Source of the DNA: Octopus bimaculoides
Taxonomy: Eukaryota
Assembly (NCBI RefSeq): GCF_001194135.2
Contig: NC_068981.1
Coordinates: 150,526,020-150,590,019 of the forward strand
DNA: 64,000 bases
Direction: 5' to 3'
Below are positions 12,411 through 24,429 of this stretch, piece by piece. A program made the translations under genes and the position numbers. Below the pieces are notes generated by a model. It was not told where the DNA came from and did not search any database. It saw nothing but the letters and a program-made list of their open reading frames with translations. Within the stretch, counting starts at the first letter, position 1. Each line of letters opens with the position of its first letter.

Positions 12411-13199
12411 TCATAAAGTTAAATTAGCGCTTTCATACATCGTGTAATCATTAGATTTCAAATGTGTTTAACTGATAACTTTAGTACCTCATAAAACGCT
12501 CCAACAAGCTGAATTTTTGGAATACCTTTTTGACCAATCTTCATGTATCTTAAACATCGCGATTCCCAGGCGTACCAATATTCTGTAACTTGTTTATATT
12601 TATATGCTAGAAATATTTTTTAGTCCGCATCATTAACTGGTTCTAATGTTCTTGCTGTTATTTCCGTTCAGAACAGATTTGAACATTTGGATAAACCGTT
12701 TTTTCTTTTATCTTTCTTCCAACCTCACTTGTGTCATGTAGTTTGTGGAAAGGAACAGTTCAATCTCAGTCACTGCATAAGAGCATCCTCGGAAGAAACG
12801 CATGAATGGATTGTATACCATGAGACAGATGTACAATGAGGACCAAGCAATCAACTGCATCACGTGGCAAAGATCACTTATTGTATGATGTACTGTGACA
12901 CCACAAGCCTTCGATAACATAAAACAGACAATAGAGGGATAGCGCTGGACTCTTCAGTATGAAAACATTTCATACAGAGGAACAGTTCCGAGAGTGCAAA
13001 TGCACAATCGGTGTTGATAAGCACAAGTCCTTATATTAAGAGGGAGGTAAAAAAAAATGGAAGAGAGAACGAAAAAAAAAAACGGAGCGAAAAAATGTGT
13101 GAGGATTAACGGTTCAACTTCATGACATGGCTGTTAATCCAGGCACATTTTTTGTTCACCCCATTTCCCCCTCTTTGCCTCTTTCCTCTTCTCATTCTT

Positions 13200-13393
13200 T
13201 TCTTATTTCTTTATTGCCCACAAGGGGCTAAACATAGAGGGGACAAACAAGGACAGACAAAGAGATTAAGTCGATTACATCGATCCTAGTGCGTAACTGG
13301 TACTTAATTTATCGACCCCGAAAGGATGAATGGCAAAGTCAACCTCGGCGGAATTTGAATTCAGAATATAACGGCAGACGAAATACTGCTAAG
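13200..13393 (-). mobile_element. SINE family B
   Basis: Reverse complement of the 2520-2670 core; CpGs largely intact. Confidence 0.9.
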
Positions 13394-13675
13394 NNNNNNN
13401 NNNNNNNNNNNNNNNNNNNNNNNNNNNNNNNNNNNNNNNNNNNNNNNNNNNNNNNNNNNNNNNNNNNNNNNNNNNNNNNNNNNNNNNNNNNNNNNNNNNN
13501 NNNNNNNNNNNNNNNNNNNNNNNNNNNNNNNNNNNNNNNNNNNNNNNNNNNNNNNNNNNNNNNNNNNNNNNNNNNNNNNNNNNNNNNNNNNNNNNNNNNN
13601 NNNNNNNNNNNNCATACATATATATATATATATATATATACGTCCTGCCTTATCTTCGAAAAATAGAGTTAGAAT

Positions 13676-13790
13676 AGAGGCAGCTGATGAATAATTCCAA
13701 GTGGATTTCTGTTTTCCTATGTGTTCGTTCCGTTGTCTGTAGTTCATTGTTCTAACGTCCTGTACCCTGATATGCATCTATATACACATG
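13676..13790 (+). mobile_element. pLTR-like repeat with degenerate long-loop hammerhead core (copies at 30885, 32715, 39425)
   Basis: gcag-CTGATGA...AACGT-C-CTGTacc shared by four loci (variants GCAACGT-T at 32.8 kb, GTGACGT at 31.0 kb). Confidence 0.55.
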
Positions 13791-14256
13791 TAGATGAAAG
13801 TATATACATATATGTGTGTATACATGCATATATATTTTTTGTATTATATATATATATATACACACGCACGCACGCACGCACACATATAGATATGTGTATA
13901 TACACAGACGCACACATGTATGAACTGTGTGCACATAGATGCAGAAATGCATACACGTATATAAGTTTCATATATGTGTTTATCTTAGCATTGCCTTTCT
14001 TACGCTCTCTGTATATAGGGGGAGAAATTAACATATGACATATTTTGGGGGGTTTTAGGCCAGGCACAGTTCGTTCCTTCCAAGATTTGACCAGCTCCGA
14101 TATCTTCCAGAAAGAAAAATGAACAGAAGATTGAGAGGAAAACGACAAATGACCTGAGTATACGATCGGTACTGTATTCATCAATCTCTAGATAAATTTA
14201 GTGTCAACTGGTCGCCGAACACACACAGACACACACACACACACGTATATATCTGT

Positions 14257-14343
<87 letters not shown>

Positions 14344-14714
14344 TATCAGACACATACAATACACATGCATATATGTAATATTCGAAATAGCGAACAAAAG
14401 TGACTGAAATGGGAATAGTGTAGTTGTACAATGCAAATAGATATTGTGTGGATTCGGTGATTGATAGAAGTCGTAGATAATTGGAAAGAAAGCACGATAG
14501 GGACATGGTATCGTTATACTGAAATAGTTGCAGGATGATTTTATTGTTAACATTATCCTACCGAGAATTTCGCGAGATAATGTTAACGGCGGGACTATGT
14601 GTGCGCCGTGAAGAGATAAAAAGAGATAATACGGAAAAGTTTGAGCGTGATTCGTAGAAAGATAGATTGTTCAAAAGATAAAACAGATTTGGGGAAATAG
14701 AGAGGGAATGAGTG

Positions 14715-14807
<93 letters not shown>

Positions 14808-15264
14808 CAGACAGAGCGGGTGAGGGGGAGATAGAGAGAGTTAAGATGACACGTAGAATTATCGATATAGAAATGGATAAATAGATATTTTGAGAAAGAA
14901 AGTGGGTGGAATGAGAAAGGAATAAAGACGGGAATTCATAACAAAATCCTGTACAAGTCGAATATTGAAGACTAAAGCAAGAATAAAATATATTTAACTC
15001 ATATAAATGACACGTCTTGCGGTCTTGTCATATTCATCTGAATTTAATGCACTTCATACTTGTCTATTTTCGTTAACTAAGACGTACTAAAAACACTAAA
15101 ATACTATCTTGCTGTCTGTACGTTTTACACACACGCAGACACACACGCACGCGCACACACACACACGCACTTACTCGTATATCATATATACACTCTCACT
15201 CTCACACACACATATATACATACACACACAAATAGAGCGGAGAGAGAGAGGGAGAAAGAGAGAG

Positions 15265-15410
15265 AGAACGGGCCTAGTGGTTAGACTGCTGAGTTAATGA
15301 TCATGAGGTTGTGGGATAGACTCATCGACAAAGGGACTTGGAATAAAACAAGGTCCTTTATTTCACATTGCTCCACGTTACTCAGTTAAAGTGAGTACCA
15401 ACCAAGCTGA
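15265..15410 (+). mobile_element. tRNA-derived SINE head, degenerate
   Basis: ggcctagtggttag A-box-like start; tttcacattgctcca..gtgagtacc body as at 39950. Confidence 0.6.
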
Positions 15411-15517
15411 GTATAAGTGCAGCGATCTAATTATTCTGCTGCCACACCCTGGACGGTCCGGTGGATCAACAGTGAGTTTATTGGGATGTCTATATCTGGT
15501 CGCAAGTATATATATAC

Positions 15518-15566
<49 letters not shown>

Positions 15567-15574
15567 ACGTAAAT

Positions 15575-15622
15575 GTGACGTCAGCAACTGGTGTTTGTAC
15601 AAATACCAGTTGCTGACGTCAC
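15575..15622. promoter_or_regulatory. 48-bp palindrome carrying two CRE (TGACGTCA) sites
   Basis: gtgacgtcagcaactggtgtttgt|acaaataccagttgctgacgtcac, 23/24 matched; regulatory role is inferred only. Confidence 0.5.
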
Positions 15623-16086
15623 CTAACTCCAGACCAATCAAAACCGAACTTCAGCAAATACAACGAAATGACCCTTTAAGAGAACCAACCAACCGGAACG
15701 ACTTATGACCGTCTCCCCAGGGAAACCAGCCTGGTAGAACGACAAGCTTGACCACCGGAAAAAACGACACCAGTATTTTAACGAATCAAAAATCAGATCC
15801 GCTCGCGGAAAAAAAAATTATAAATACATCTGATCCCAAAACATACCATTACAAGCGAAAGCGTCTACGGAAAGAGGATCAAATTCCTTTTTCTACTGTT
15901 TTCATTTTTGCCTTGTTTTTTTTTTTTTTTTTTTTCAGTATGACTTGTTGACCACCACTAAAATTGATGAACTTGGTACATTCAAACAAATTAATATACA
16001 GTTTCAATATTATTGACTGCTATGAACATTCAAACTTACACCAGTCCTCTTAATTTATAATGCTAAATTTATCCGTTTTGAACATG

Positions 16087-16156
16087 TTAATTTGTCAACA
16101 TTGAAACATTTTAATTTGTCAACATTGAAACATTTTAATTTGTCAACATTGAAACT
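16087..16156. repeat. 24-bp tandem repeat, about 2.9 copies
   Basis: (ttaatttgtcaacattgaaacatt) x2 plus ttaatttgtcaacattgaaact. Confidence 0.95.
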
Positions 16157-16459
16157 TTTAAAGATGTTTTTCTAATTCATAATTTTAAACATTTATCGTT
16201 GATAAACAAAAAATATTGTTGAAACAAGTTTAGTATATATGTAAATAAATGTGTTTTAAACATTTACGAGTTTCTGAAATTTAAGTGCATTTTCAGCAAC
16301 ACATTTTCCTATATTTTTTCCTGCGTGGAAACATCCCGCGTGCATTTNNNNNNNNNNNNNNNNNNNNNNNNNNNNNNNNNNNNNNNNNNNNNNNNNNNNN
16401 NNNNNNNNNNNNNNNNNNNNNNNNNNNNNNNNNNNNNNNNNNNNNNNNNNNNNNNNNNN

Positions 16460-16507
<48 letters not shown>

Positions 16508-17329
16508 TGTATGTGTGCATATATGTCTGTATGTATGTATGTATTTAAATGAAAAATGTATGGTAAAGAAACAAACGATATAACGTATACGACACAGAAG
16601 GTCCCTAATTCTCCATCAGTTATCAACCAAATGTTAATACTCAGTTTCACACCATTAATGAGAAGACTAAGTACTTCCCATGTTGGCGGTGCTTGCAAAA
16701 ATTGGCAAAGAATATAGGGCCGAGATCAAACAAAACAAAACAAAACAATACAGAGTGGACATACGAAAGTGAAAAAATGTGATTTAGGACGATGGGCAAA
16801 GACGAAATAAATAAGAAAGGAGCAAAATATAGCCTTAGGACCAAAAAGACAAGAACAGTGGGTAACGCTTGAGAAGGCATCCTAAGGGATAGAAAATAGT
16901 GAGACAGGTAAGCTATGCGACCAGTGTGAGAGAGGGAGAGAAGGAAAGGACAGCTAACCACAGGTCACGTGACTGCAGCAGGCAATGGACAAAGAGGGTA
17001 AGAGAGAGGGGGAGAGAGAGAGAGAGAGAGAGCGACACAGAGAAAACAGAAGGGATGAAGGGGAAAAAACAAGAGAAAGGCTAGCAATACAAGAGGGCGA
17101 GAGAGAGAAAAAGGAGAAAGTGGGAAAGCTAGAAATAGAAGTGAGGGCAAGAGAGAGAAAAGGAGCAAGAGTGAAGGCAGGCGAGAGAGAGGAAGTCGCA
17201 CGGATATATAGAAAACCTTACTGATAATAAAATTCAGTGTGCGTTGCGTTCCGTTGCTTAATAAATGAAGTATGCATGGTAAATGAACAAACAACATAAC
17301 GTATACTGAATGTATAATTGAACAGGGTG

Positions 17330-17642
17330 GAGGCACAATGGCCCAGTGGTTATGGCAGCGGACTCGCGGTTATAGGATCGCGGTTTCGATTCCCAGACCA
17401 GGCGTTGTGAGTGTTTATTGAGCAAAAACACCTAAAGCTCCACGAATCTCCGGCAGGGGATGGTGGCGAACCTTGCTGTACTCTTTCACCACAACTTTCT
17501 CTCACTCTTTCTTCCTGTTTCTGTTGTGCCTGTATTTCAAAGGGTCAGCCTTGTCACACTGTGTCACGCTGAATATCCCCGAGAACTACGTTAAGGGTAT
17601 ACGTGTCTGTGGAGTGCTCAGCCACTTGCACGTTAATTTCAC
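17330..17642 (+). mobile_element. SINE family C (tRNA head plus conserved central domain)
   Basis: A box tggcccagtgg, B box ggtttcgattcc; body gagaactacgttaagggta..gctcagccacttgcacgttaatttcac also at 22.0 and 56.8 kb. Confidence 0.9.
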
Positions 17643-18989
17643 NNNNNNNNNNNNNNNNNNNNNNNNNNNNNNNNNNNNNNNNNNNNNNNNNNNNNNNNNN
17701 NNNNNNNNNNNNNNNNNNNNNNNNNNNNNNNNNNNNNNNNNNNNNNNNNNNNNNNNNNNNNNNNNNNNNNNNNNNNNNNNNNNNNNNNNNNNNNNNNNNN
17801 NNNNNNNNNNNNNNNNNNNNNNNNNNNNNNNNNNNNNNNNNNNNNNNNNNNNNNNNNNNNNNNNNNNNNNNNNNNNNNNNNNNNNNNNNNNNNNNNNNNN
17901 NNNNNNNNNNNNNNNNNNNNNNNNNNNNNNNNNNNNNNNNNNNNNNNNNNNNNNNNNNNNNNNNNNNNNNNNNNNNNNNNNNNNNNNNNNNNNNNNNNNN
18001 NNNNNNNNNNNNNNNNNNNNNNNNNNNNNNNNNNNNNNNNNNNNNNNNNNNNNNNNNNNNNNNNNNNNNNNNNNNNNNNNNNNNNNNNNNNNNNNNNNNN
18101 NNNNNNNNNNNNNNNNNNNNNNNNNNNNNNNNNNNNNNNNNNNNNNNNNNNNNNNNNNNNNNNNNNNNNNNNNNNNNNNNNNNNNNNNNNNNNNNNNNNN
18201 NNNNNNNNNNNNNNNNNNNNNNNNNNNNNNNNNNNNNNNNNNNNNNNNNNNNNNNNNNNNNNNNNNNNNNNNNNNNNNNNNNNNNNNNNNNNNNNNNNNN
18301 NNNNNNNNNNNNNNNNNNNNNNNNNNNNNNNNNNNNNNNGCACTCAGGCATATGATATGTATTATATTTATACAGAGAGAGAGATAAAGAGTGTGAGAGA
18401 GAGAGAGAGGGTTTCAGAGAGAGAAAGATTCAGAGGGAGAGGGTGAAAGAATTATAGAGTCAGAGAGAGAGGAGGCGAGGGATTCAGGTTTTTCTTTAAA
18501 TTCCAGGATTATTTCTGAAATTTTCTGACCTTTAATACTTTTTATCATTGCAAACACTTGGAGACTTCATCGTGAATGTAATCTAATGAGTTGAAAAATA
18601 GAGCTTGTAGTTATAAATGAAACGTGAACGCATTTTGTATACATGCATTCAATTTTGACACACACACACATGCAATTTGTGTACATACATGCATTTTGTA
18701 CACATGAGTTCATTTCATACAGATTCATCTATTTGTGGATGCGGTACACATCTGTTCTTTCTACATGTGTGCAACAGAGAAGTAAAATGCAACTGTAAGT
18801 GCAGCTGTGCATTTGCTTGACATATCTTGTAAAGCTTGTTTATTATGTCTCTATTTATGTTTATTTGTGTGAACGCATTTATTTATCGTTACGTACATGT
18901 TTTTGTATGTATGTTTGTATTGTATCTATATATATGCATATGTTCATATATTTACATATATGTAAGAATACACACACACACGCACACAT

Positions 18990-19064
<75 letters not shown>

Positions 19065-19986
19065 NNNNNNNNNNNNNNNNNNNNNNNNNNNNNNNNNNNN
19101 NNNNNNNNNNNNNNNNNNNNNNNNNNNNNNNNNNNNNNNNNNNNNNNNNNNNNNNNNNNNNNNNNNNNNNNNNNNNNNNNNNNNNNNNNNNNNNNNNNNN
19201 NNNNNNNNNNNNNNNNNNNNNNNNNNNNNNNNNNNNNNNNNNNNNNNNNNNNNNNNNNNNNNNNNNNNNNNNNNNNNNNNNNNNNNNNNNNNNNNNNNNN
19301 NNNNNNNNNNNNNNNNNNNNNNNNNNNNNNNNNNNNNNNNNNNNNNNNNNNNNNNNNNNNNNNNNNNNNNNNNNNNNNNNNNNNNNNNNNNNNNNNNNNN
19401 NNNNNNNNNNNNNNNNNNNNNNNNNNNNNNNNNNNNNNNNNNNNNNNNNNNNNNNNNNNNNNNNNNNNNNNNNNNNNNNNNNNNNNNNNNNNNNNNNNNN
19501 NNNNNNNNNNNNNNNNNNNNNNNNNNNNNNNNNNNNNNNNNNNNNNNNNNNNNNNNNNNNNNNNNNNNNNNNNNNNNNNNNNNNNNNNNNNNNNNNNNNN
19601 NNNNNNNNNNNNNNNNNNNNNNNNNNNNNNNNNNNNNNNNNNNNNNNNNNNNNNNNNNNNNNNNNNNNNNNNNNNNNNNNNNNNNNNNNNNNNNNNNNNN
19701 NNNNNNNNNNNNNNNNNNNNNNNNNNNNNNNNNNNNNNNNNNNNNNNNNNNNNNNNNNNNNNNNNNNNNNNNNNNNNNNNNNNNNNNNNNNNNNNNNNNN
19801 NNNNNNNNNNNNNNNNNNNNNNNNNNNNNNNNNNNNNNNNNNNNNNNNNNNNNNNNNNNNNNNNNNNNNNNNNNNNNNNNNNNNNNNNNNNNNNNNNNNN
19901 NNNNNNNNNNNNNNNNNNNNNNNNNNNNNNNNNNNNNNNNNNNNNNNNNNNNNNNNNNNNNNNNNNNNNNNNNNNNNNNNNNNNNN
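19065..19986. other. Assembly gap (other large gaps: 4087-4869, 17643-18339, 20856-21733, 31154-31913, 32972-33688, 34594-35041)
   Basis: Runs of N, mostly flanked by (TA)n or (CA)n microsatellites. Confidence 1.
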
Positions 19987-20029
19987 CGTCTTTATTTGTG
20001 TCTGATTTAGTTTCTACTCCGACTTTCTA

Positions 20030-20850
20030 TTTTGTGTTTCCCTCTTTGTCGTTTTCTTCTCGTTCGTAGCTTTTGGGGGAGGGGCCTCACCATCTTTTTT
20101 TTTTTGTGCATTTGGAACGGAGGTGGCCCTTCTCTCCACATTGGAAGCACCTGGGCCTACGTCCTTCCACAGCTACCCGCATGGATAGCCCATCCTCCCC
20201 CCCCCCCACAAACACCCTATCGGGCAAATTTTCAAGGGTCTCATTGGCCGCTTGAACGACCATTTCTAACGAGTGTCCTCGCCAGTTTACCACTTCCTTT
20301 TTCCTCATTTATAGGATTGAAATTTCCTCCACGTCATACACTACTGCAGCCGCTACTCACATTACTTCATACCCTACCGAGATCTCGTCCACTGTCACTT
20401 TTGCGGTCCTGCGACCCAAGTAAGAGGGCAGCAGCATTATCTCTTCATTCTTCAACGTTTGTGTAGACACCTCCTTGGCTACGCTAGCAGACTCGAAATG
20501 TGCTTCAATTGTGGTGCTTCTTGCTCCTCGGCTGACGTAGCGTACTTTATTCCAGATAGGTGCCATACATTTTTCTACTGCTTCATTTTTTGCCTCCTTT
20601 ATAAGTTTTTTTTTTTTGTTTTTTTTCGATGTTGTAGACTTTGTACACAACTGCTTTGGTATTTAATTACTTGTACTGTATCAGGGGGCGACAACAACTT
20701 GGTATCCGATCCATTCTATTTAATTAGATTTCTAAACTTGAAAAGCTGGTCTATAGTCGCTTCAAGTTCCGTAACGTTACCGCCCACCGCGGCTGAAAAT
20801 CTCTTTTTCTCCTAGGTATCACGCTGGTTCACGGTTATATTTCCTTTTCC
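20030..20850 (-). pseudogene. ORF1/gag-like gene copy 2 with intact CCHC zinc knuckle
   Basis: FSAAVGGNVT, EEIMLLPSYLGRRTAKV, AVEGRRPRCFQCGEKGHLRSKC (CX2CX4HX4C); stops and frameshifts; both ends in gaps. Confidence 0.8.
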
Positions 20851-21799
20851 CATCTNNNNNNNNNNNNNNNNNNNNNNNNNNNNNNNNNNNNNNNNNNNNN
20901 NNNNNNNNNNNNNNNNNNNNNNNNNNNNNNNNNNNNNNNNNNNNNNNNNNNNNNNNNNNNNNNNNNNNNNNNNNNNNNNNNNNNNNNNNNNNNNNNNNNN
21001 NNNNNNNNNNNNNNNNNNNNNNNNNNNNNNNNNNNNNNNNNNNNNNNNNNNNNNNNNNNNNNNNNNNNNNNNNNNNNNNNNNNNNNNNNNNNNNNNNNNN
21101 NNNNNNNNNNNNNNNNNNNNNNNNNNNNNNNNNNNNNNNNNNNNNNNNNNNNNNNNNNNNNNNNNNNNNNNNNNNNNNNNNNNNNNNNNNNNNNNNNNNN
21201 NNNNNNNNNNNNNNNNNNNNNNNNNNNNNNNNNNNNNNNNNNNNNNNNNNNNNNNNNNNNNNNNNNNNNNNNNNNNNNNNNNNNNNNNNNNNNNNNNNNN
21301 NNNNNNNNNNNNNNNNNNNNNNNNNNNNNNNNNNNNNNNNNNNNNNNNNNNNNNNNNNNNNNNNNNNNNNNNNNNNNNNNNNNNNNNNNNNNNNNNNNNN
21401 NNNNNNNNNNNNNNNNNNNNNNNNNNNNNNNNNNNNNNNNNNNNNNNNNNNNNNNNNNNNNNNNNNNNNNNNNNNNNNNNNNNNNNNNNNNNNNNNNNNN
21501 NNNNNNNNNNNNNNNNNNNNNNNNNNNNNNNNNNNNNNNNNNNNNNNNNNNNNNNNNNNNNNNNNNNNNNNNNNNNNNNNNNNNNNNNNNNNNNNNNNNN
21601 NNNNNNNNNNNNNNNNNNNNNNNNNNNNNNNNNNNNNNNNNNNNNNNNNNNNNNNNNNNNNNNNNNNNNNNNNNNNNNNNNNNNNNNNNNNNNNNNNNNN
21701 NNNNNNNNNNNNNNNNNNNNNNNNNNNNNNNNNGTTATTTTTCCTTTTTTAGTTTAACTAAATGTTTTTCTCGGTCCTTAAATAAATCCGGACGTGTTT

Positions 21800-21970
21800 T
21801 TGCTTCGCTGCGTATTTTTTCTTTTTTTAGTTGTTTTGTGCTGCTTTGCAGCAGTTTTTGAGTATGCCGCCACCTTTGTTTGGTGAGCGTTGCTGAGATG
21901 GAGAAAATGAAGACATTTGCGACAGCGACGGGCAGTCGGGCTTCCGTCGTCCCAGGCCTGCTGAAGTAAT
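21800..21970 (+). pseudogene. ORF1/gag-like copy 4, 5' fragment
   Basis: MEKMKTFATATGSR matches RKMKSYAEATGSR of copy 3; leader gccacctttgtttggtg matches gccaccattgttgggtg; polyT-AG acceptor upstream. Confidence 0.6.
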
Positions 21971-22029
21971 AAGAAATGCAGACCCGCAGACAGGTGAACA
22001 CACAGACATACAGCTGCAAATTTTTTGCT

Positions 22030-22237
22030 GGCACTCCGTCGCTTACGACGTCGAGGGTTCCAGTTGATCCGATCAACGGAACAGCCTGCTCGTGAAATTA
22101 ACGTGCAAGTGGCTGAGCACTCCACAGACACGTGTACCCTTAACGTAGTTCTCGGGGGTATTCAGCGTGACACAGTGTGACAAGGTTGGCCCTTTGAAAT
22201 ACAGGTACAACAGAAACAGGAAGGAAGAGTGAGAGAA
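22030..22237 (-). mobile_element. SINE family C, 3' part
   Basis: Reverse complement of the 17500-17642 body plus 3' tail. Confidence 0.9.
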
Positions 22238-22499
22238 NNNNNNNNNNATGAGGAAATTAAGAACGATATAAAATGGTGAATAGAGTTTTATTTTGAAAGG
22301 AACTTTTGGGAAAATGTTGAAATAATTTTGAAAAGAACTGCTGAAATAATTGAAATAACGTAACCACCCCGGAGCGGGGCTCGGGTGGCCGTTCCATCTT
22401 CATTGTATAATTTCACTATTCCATTCTGTCATGTGTTGATTGTCCCCGCATGTGTGTATTGTCCTATCTATGTTTAGCCCCTTGTGAAATATTTCAGTC

Positions 22500-23903
22500 T
22501 TTAAAATAAATCACGACTTACCACTTCATCTTCTCCTTTTTGTCCACATATTTCACCACCGAGTCGCGAGGTTCAACATCCACCTCCTACCCAAGTGGAT
22601 TCACTCTTTCACAATGTCTTTCAATTTTGAAATTCTGTTAACTTTTGGGTGTCCTATATTTCACTATAAACCTTACTTCTATTTGTGTCTTGCATGTTTG
22701 TGTTTTTTGTCTCAGTATTTCTGTAATCCTTGGCTTTTATGTGATTGTATTTGTGTGTCTGTGTGTTTGTGTATTTGTGTGTCTGTGCGTTTGTTTGACT
22801 GTAATTCTGCGTGTTTCGTCTGTGTATCTATGCTTTTAGGTTTCTGTGATTCTAAGATATCTTGTATCTGTTTGCCTGTATTTCTGTGCGTTTGTATGTC
22901 TGTGTGTTTGAGTGTCTATGGGTCTGAATGTTTCTGTACTTGTAAATCCTTTAGTAGTGATCCTACTGGTGAATCTTCTCTGTTTCTCGTCGTAGGTTGG
23001 ATTACCTCTTTCATTGCTTTGTACTTCTTCAGTTCCACTATCGGTAGTGACTTCCTCCTCTCTCTTTTTCTTGCTTCCACCTCTGCAAAATTCCCGTCTT
23101 GTTCTGTTATCTGTTTCTGCTGTTTCTCCACCATTATGTTCTCCTGAATACTCTCCTCTACAATTTCCACTGCTGCTCTAGGGCATTTCTTTCTCAAGTG
23201 CCCTCTTTCACCACATTCGTAACGCTTTGGGAGTCTCCCCTCCAACATTATCTTCAGCTTTTCTTCATTTGGTAGCTCCAAAGTGTCAGGTATTTCGTTG
23301 TAATATTTCTGGCTCACTGCACAAGTCCTCTCTAATCCGTAGCCCCAACACTTCACCCGTTGGGTTCGGCTTATCATGCCCATCTTCACCTCTTCATTTT
23401 CCTTCCTTATCTCCGAATAAAAAATCGCCGCTATTAACCACTCTGGATCTATCCACAGTGGGATTCTTCCCACCCTAATTCTGACAATTCGTTTATCCAA
23501 ACCGTTTTCTCATCAGTGTCCATTTCTCTCACTGTATCATCCTGCTGGAGGATTTTTCCGCCTCCTCTTCTGATACAAAGGTTGTCACTATAGACTCATA
23601 TCTCCTTCCTCTCATTAAGAATGCTATGCTGTCTCTTATCTGTATTTCCAAAATTCCCTCCTGCGGCGTTTTTCCAATTCTTCTGTTTTTATTTGAAAAT
23701 GTTCTGAATATTACTGTCTTCTTTTCCATTTTCGCTTTTTCTTCCTCTGGTAGGGTCAGTTTTATATTTGACCCTTCCTTCTTCACCGTACTATTATATT
23801 CTTCTATCAGTTCACTATCGCACTCTACAATCTCTTGTTTCAGCACACTTGGGTCGAGAACTCGACTTCCAGTAGCTTCTGCATAACTTTTCATTTTTCT
23901 CAA
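22500..23903 (-). pseudogene. ORF1/gag-like gene copy 3 (divergent subfamily)
   Basis: ORFs 23529-23903 and 22916-23500; SYAEATG start; LEGRLPKRYECGERGHLRKKC (knuckle with C to R change); downstream QIEVRF..YRTPKS..LNL resembles the copy 1 C-terminal domain. Confidence 0.75.
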
Positions 23904-24139
23904 TTATTCAGTACCACCCAACAATGGTGGCTTCGCACAAAAAAAATTCGACGAGAATTCTTTAAAAAATAACAAAAAAATGTGGCTTGGTAGCTGTCGA
24001 TGCCTATTCGCCTCTGAAAACATATTTATTTCAAGTGAAATACATTTACTGATTTCGAAAATAGAAATATTACATTTTACATTTCTAAATCTCTCAGAGA
24101 GATTTATACAGTAGCAGCATGGTAAAGTGATGGCATGTT

Positions 24140-24429
24140 GCCAAATTAATGTGGCAGTCCCATAAAAGGGAAGAATGCTACTGCTATTTAGACCCAGGAA
24201 ACACCGTTTCCAGCTGGCCATGACACATTTTCTGTGTCCTTATGTTTTCAAAGGTGATATAAGCATTCCAGACTGATGATGAGCAATGACTCTGAAACTA
24301 GTCTCTGGATGCTGGGTGGAGGTGCTTCTCTCGCCTTTGAAAACATAAGGATACAGAAAATGTGTCATGGCCAGCTGGAAACAGTGTTTCCTGTGGCTAA
24401 ATAGCATGGGACTGTCACATTAAGTTGAC
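24140..24429. mobile_element. Penelope-like pseudo-LTR with inverted partial duplication
   Basis: About 100-bp inverted arms 24140-24257 / 24331-24429 (19-nt indel) enclosing a hammerhead motif. Confidence 0.75.
24262..24313 (+). ncRNA. Type I hammerhead ribozyme, intact core
   Basis: AGCATTCCAGA-CTGATGA-tGAG caatga CTCt-GAAAC-TA-GTC-TCTGGATGCT; 10-bp stem I with one bulge, ACTAGT palindromic stem III, GUC site at 24301-24303. Confidence 0.8.

Noticed and set aside
16087-16156. CRISPR-like array
   Set aside because: Contiguous repeats without spacers, eukaryotic context, no cas genes
17330-17400. tRNA genes at the SINE heads (also 38400, 44530-44600, 49693)
   Set aside because: No complete cloverleaf or acceptor stem; each continues into SINE body sequence
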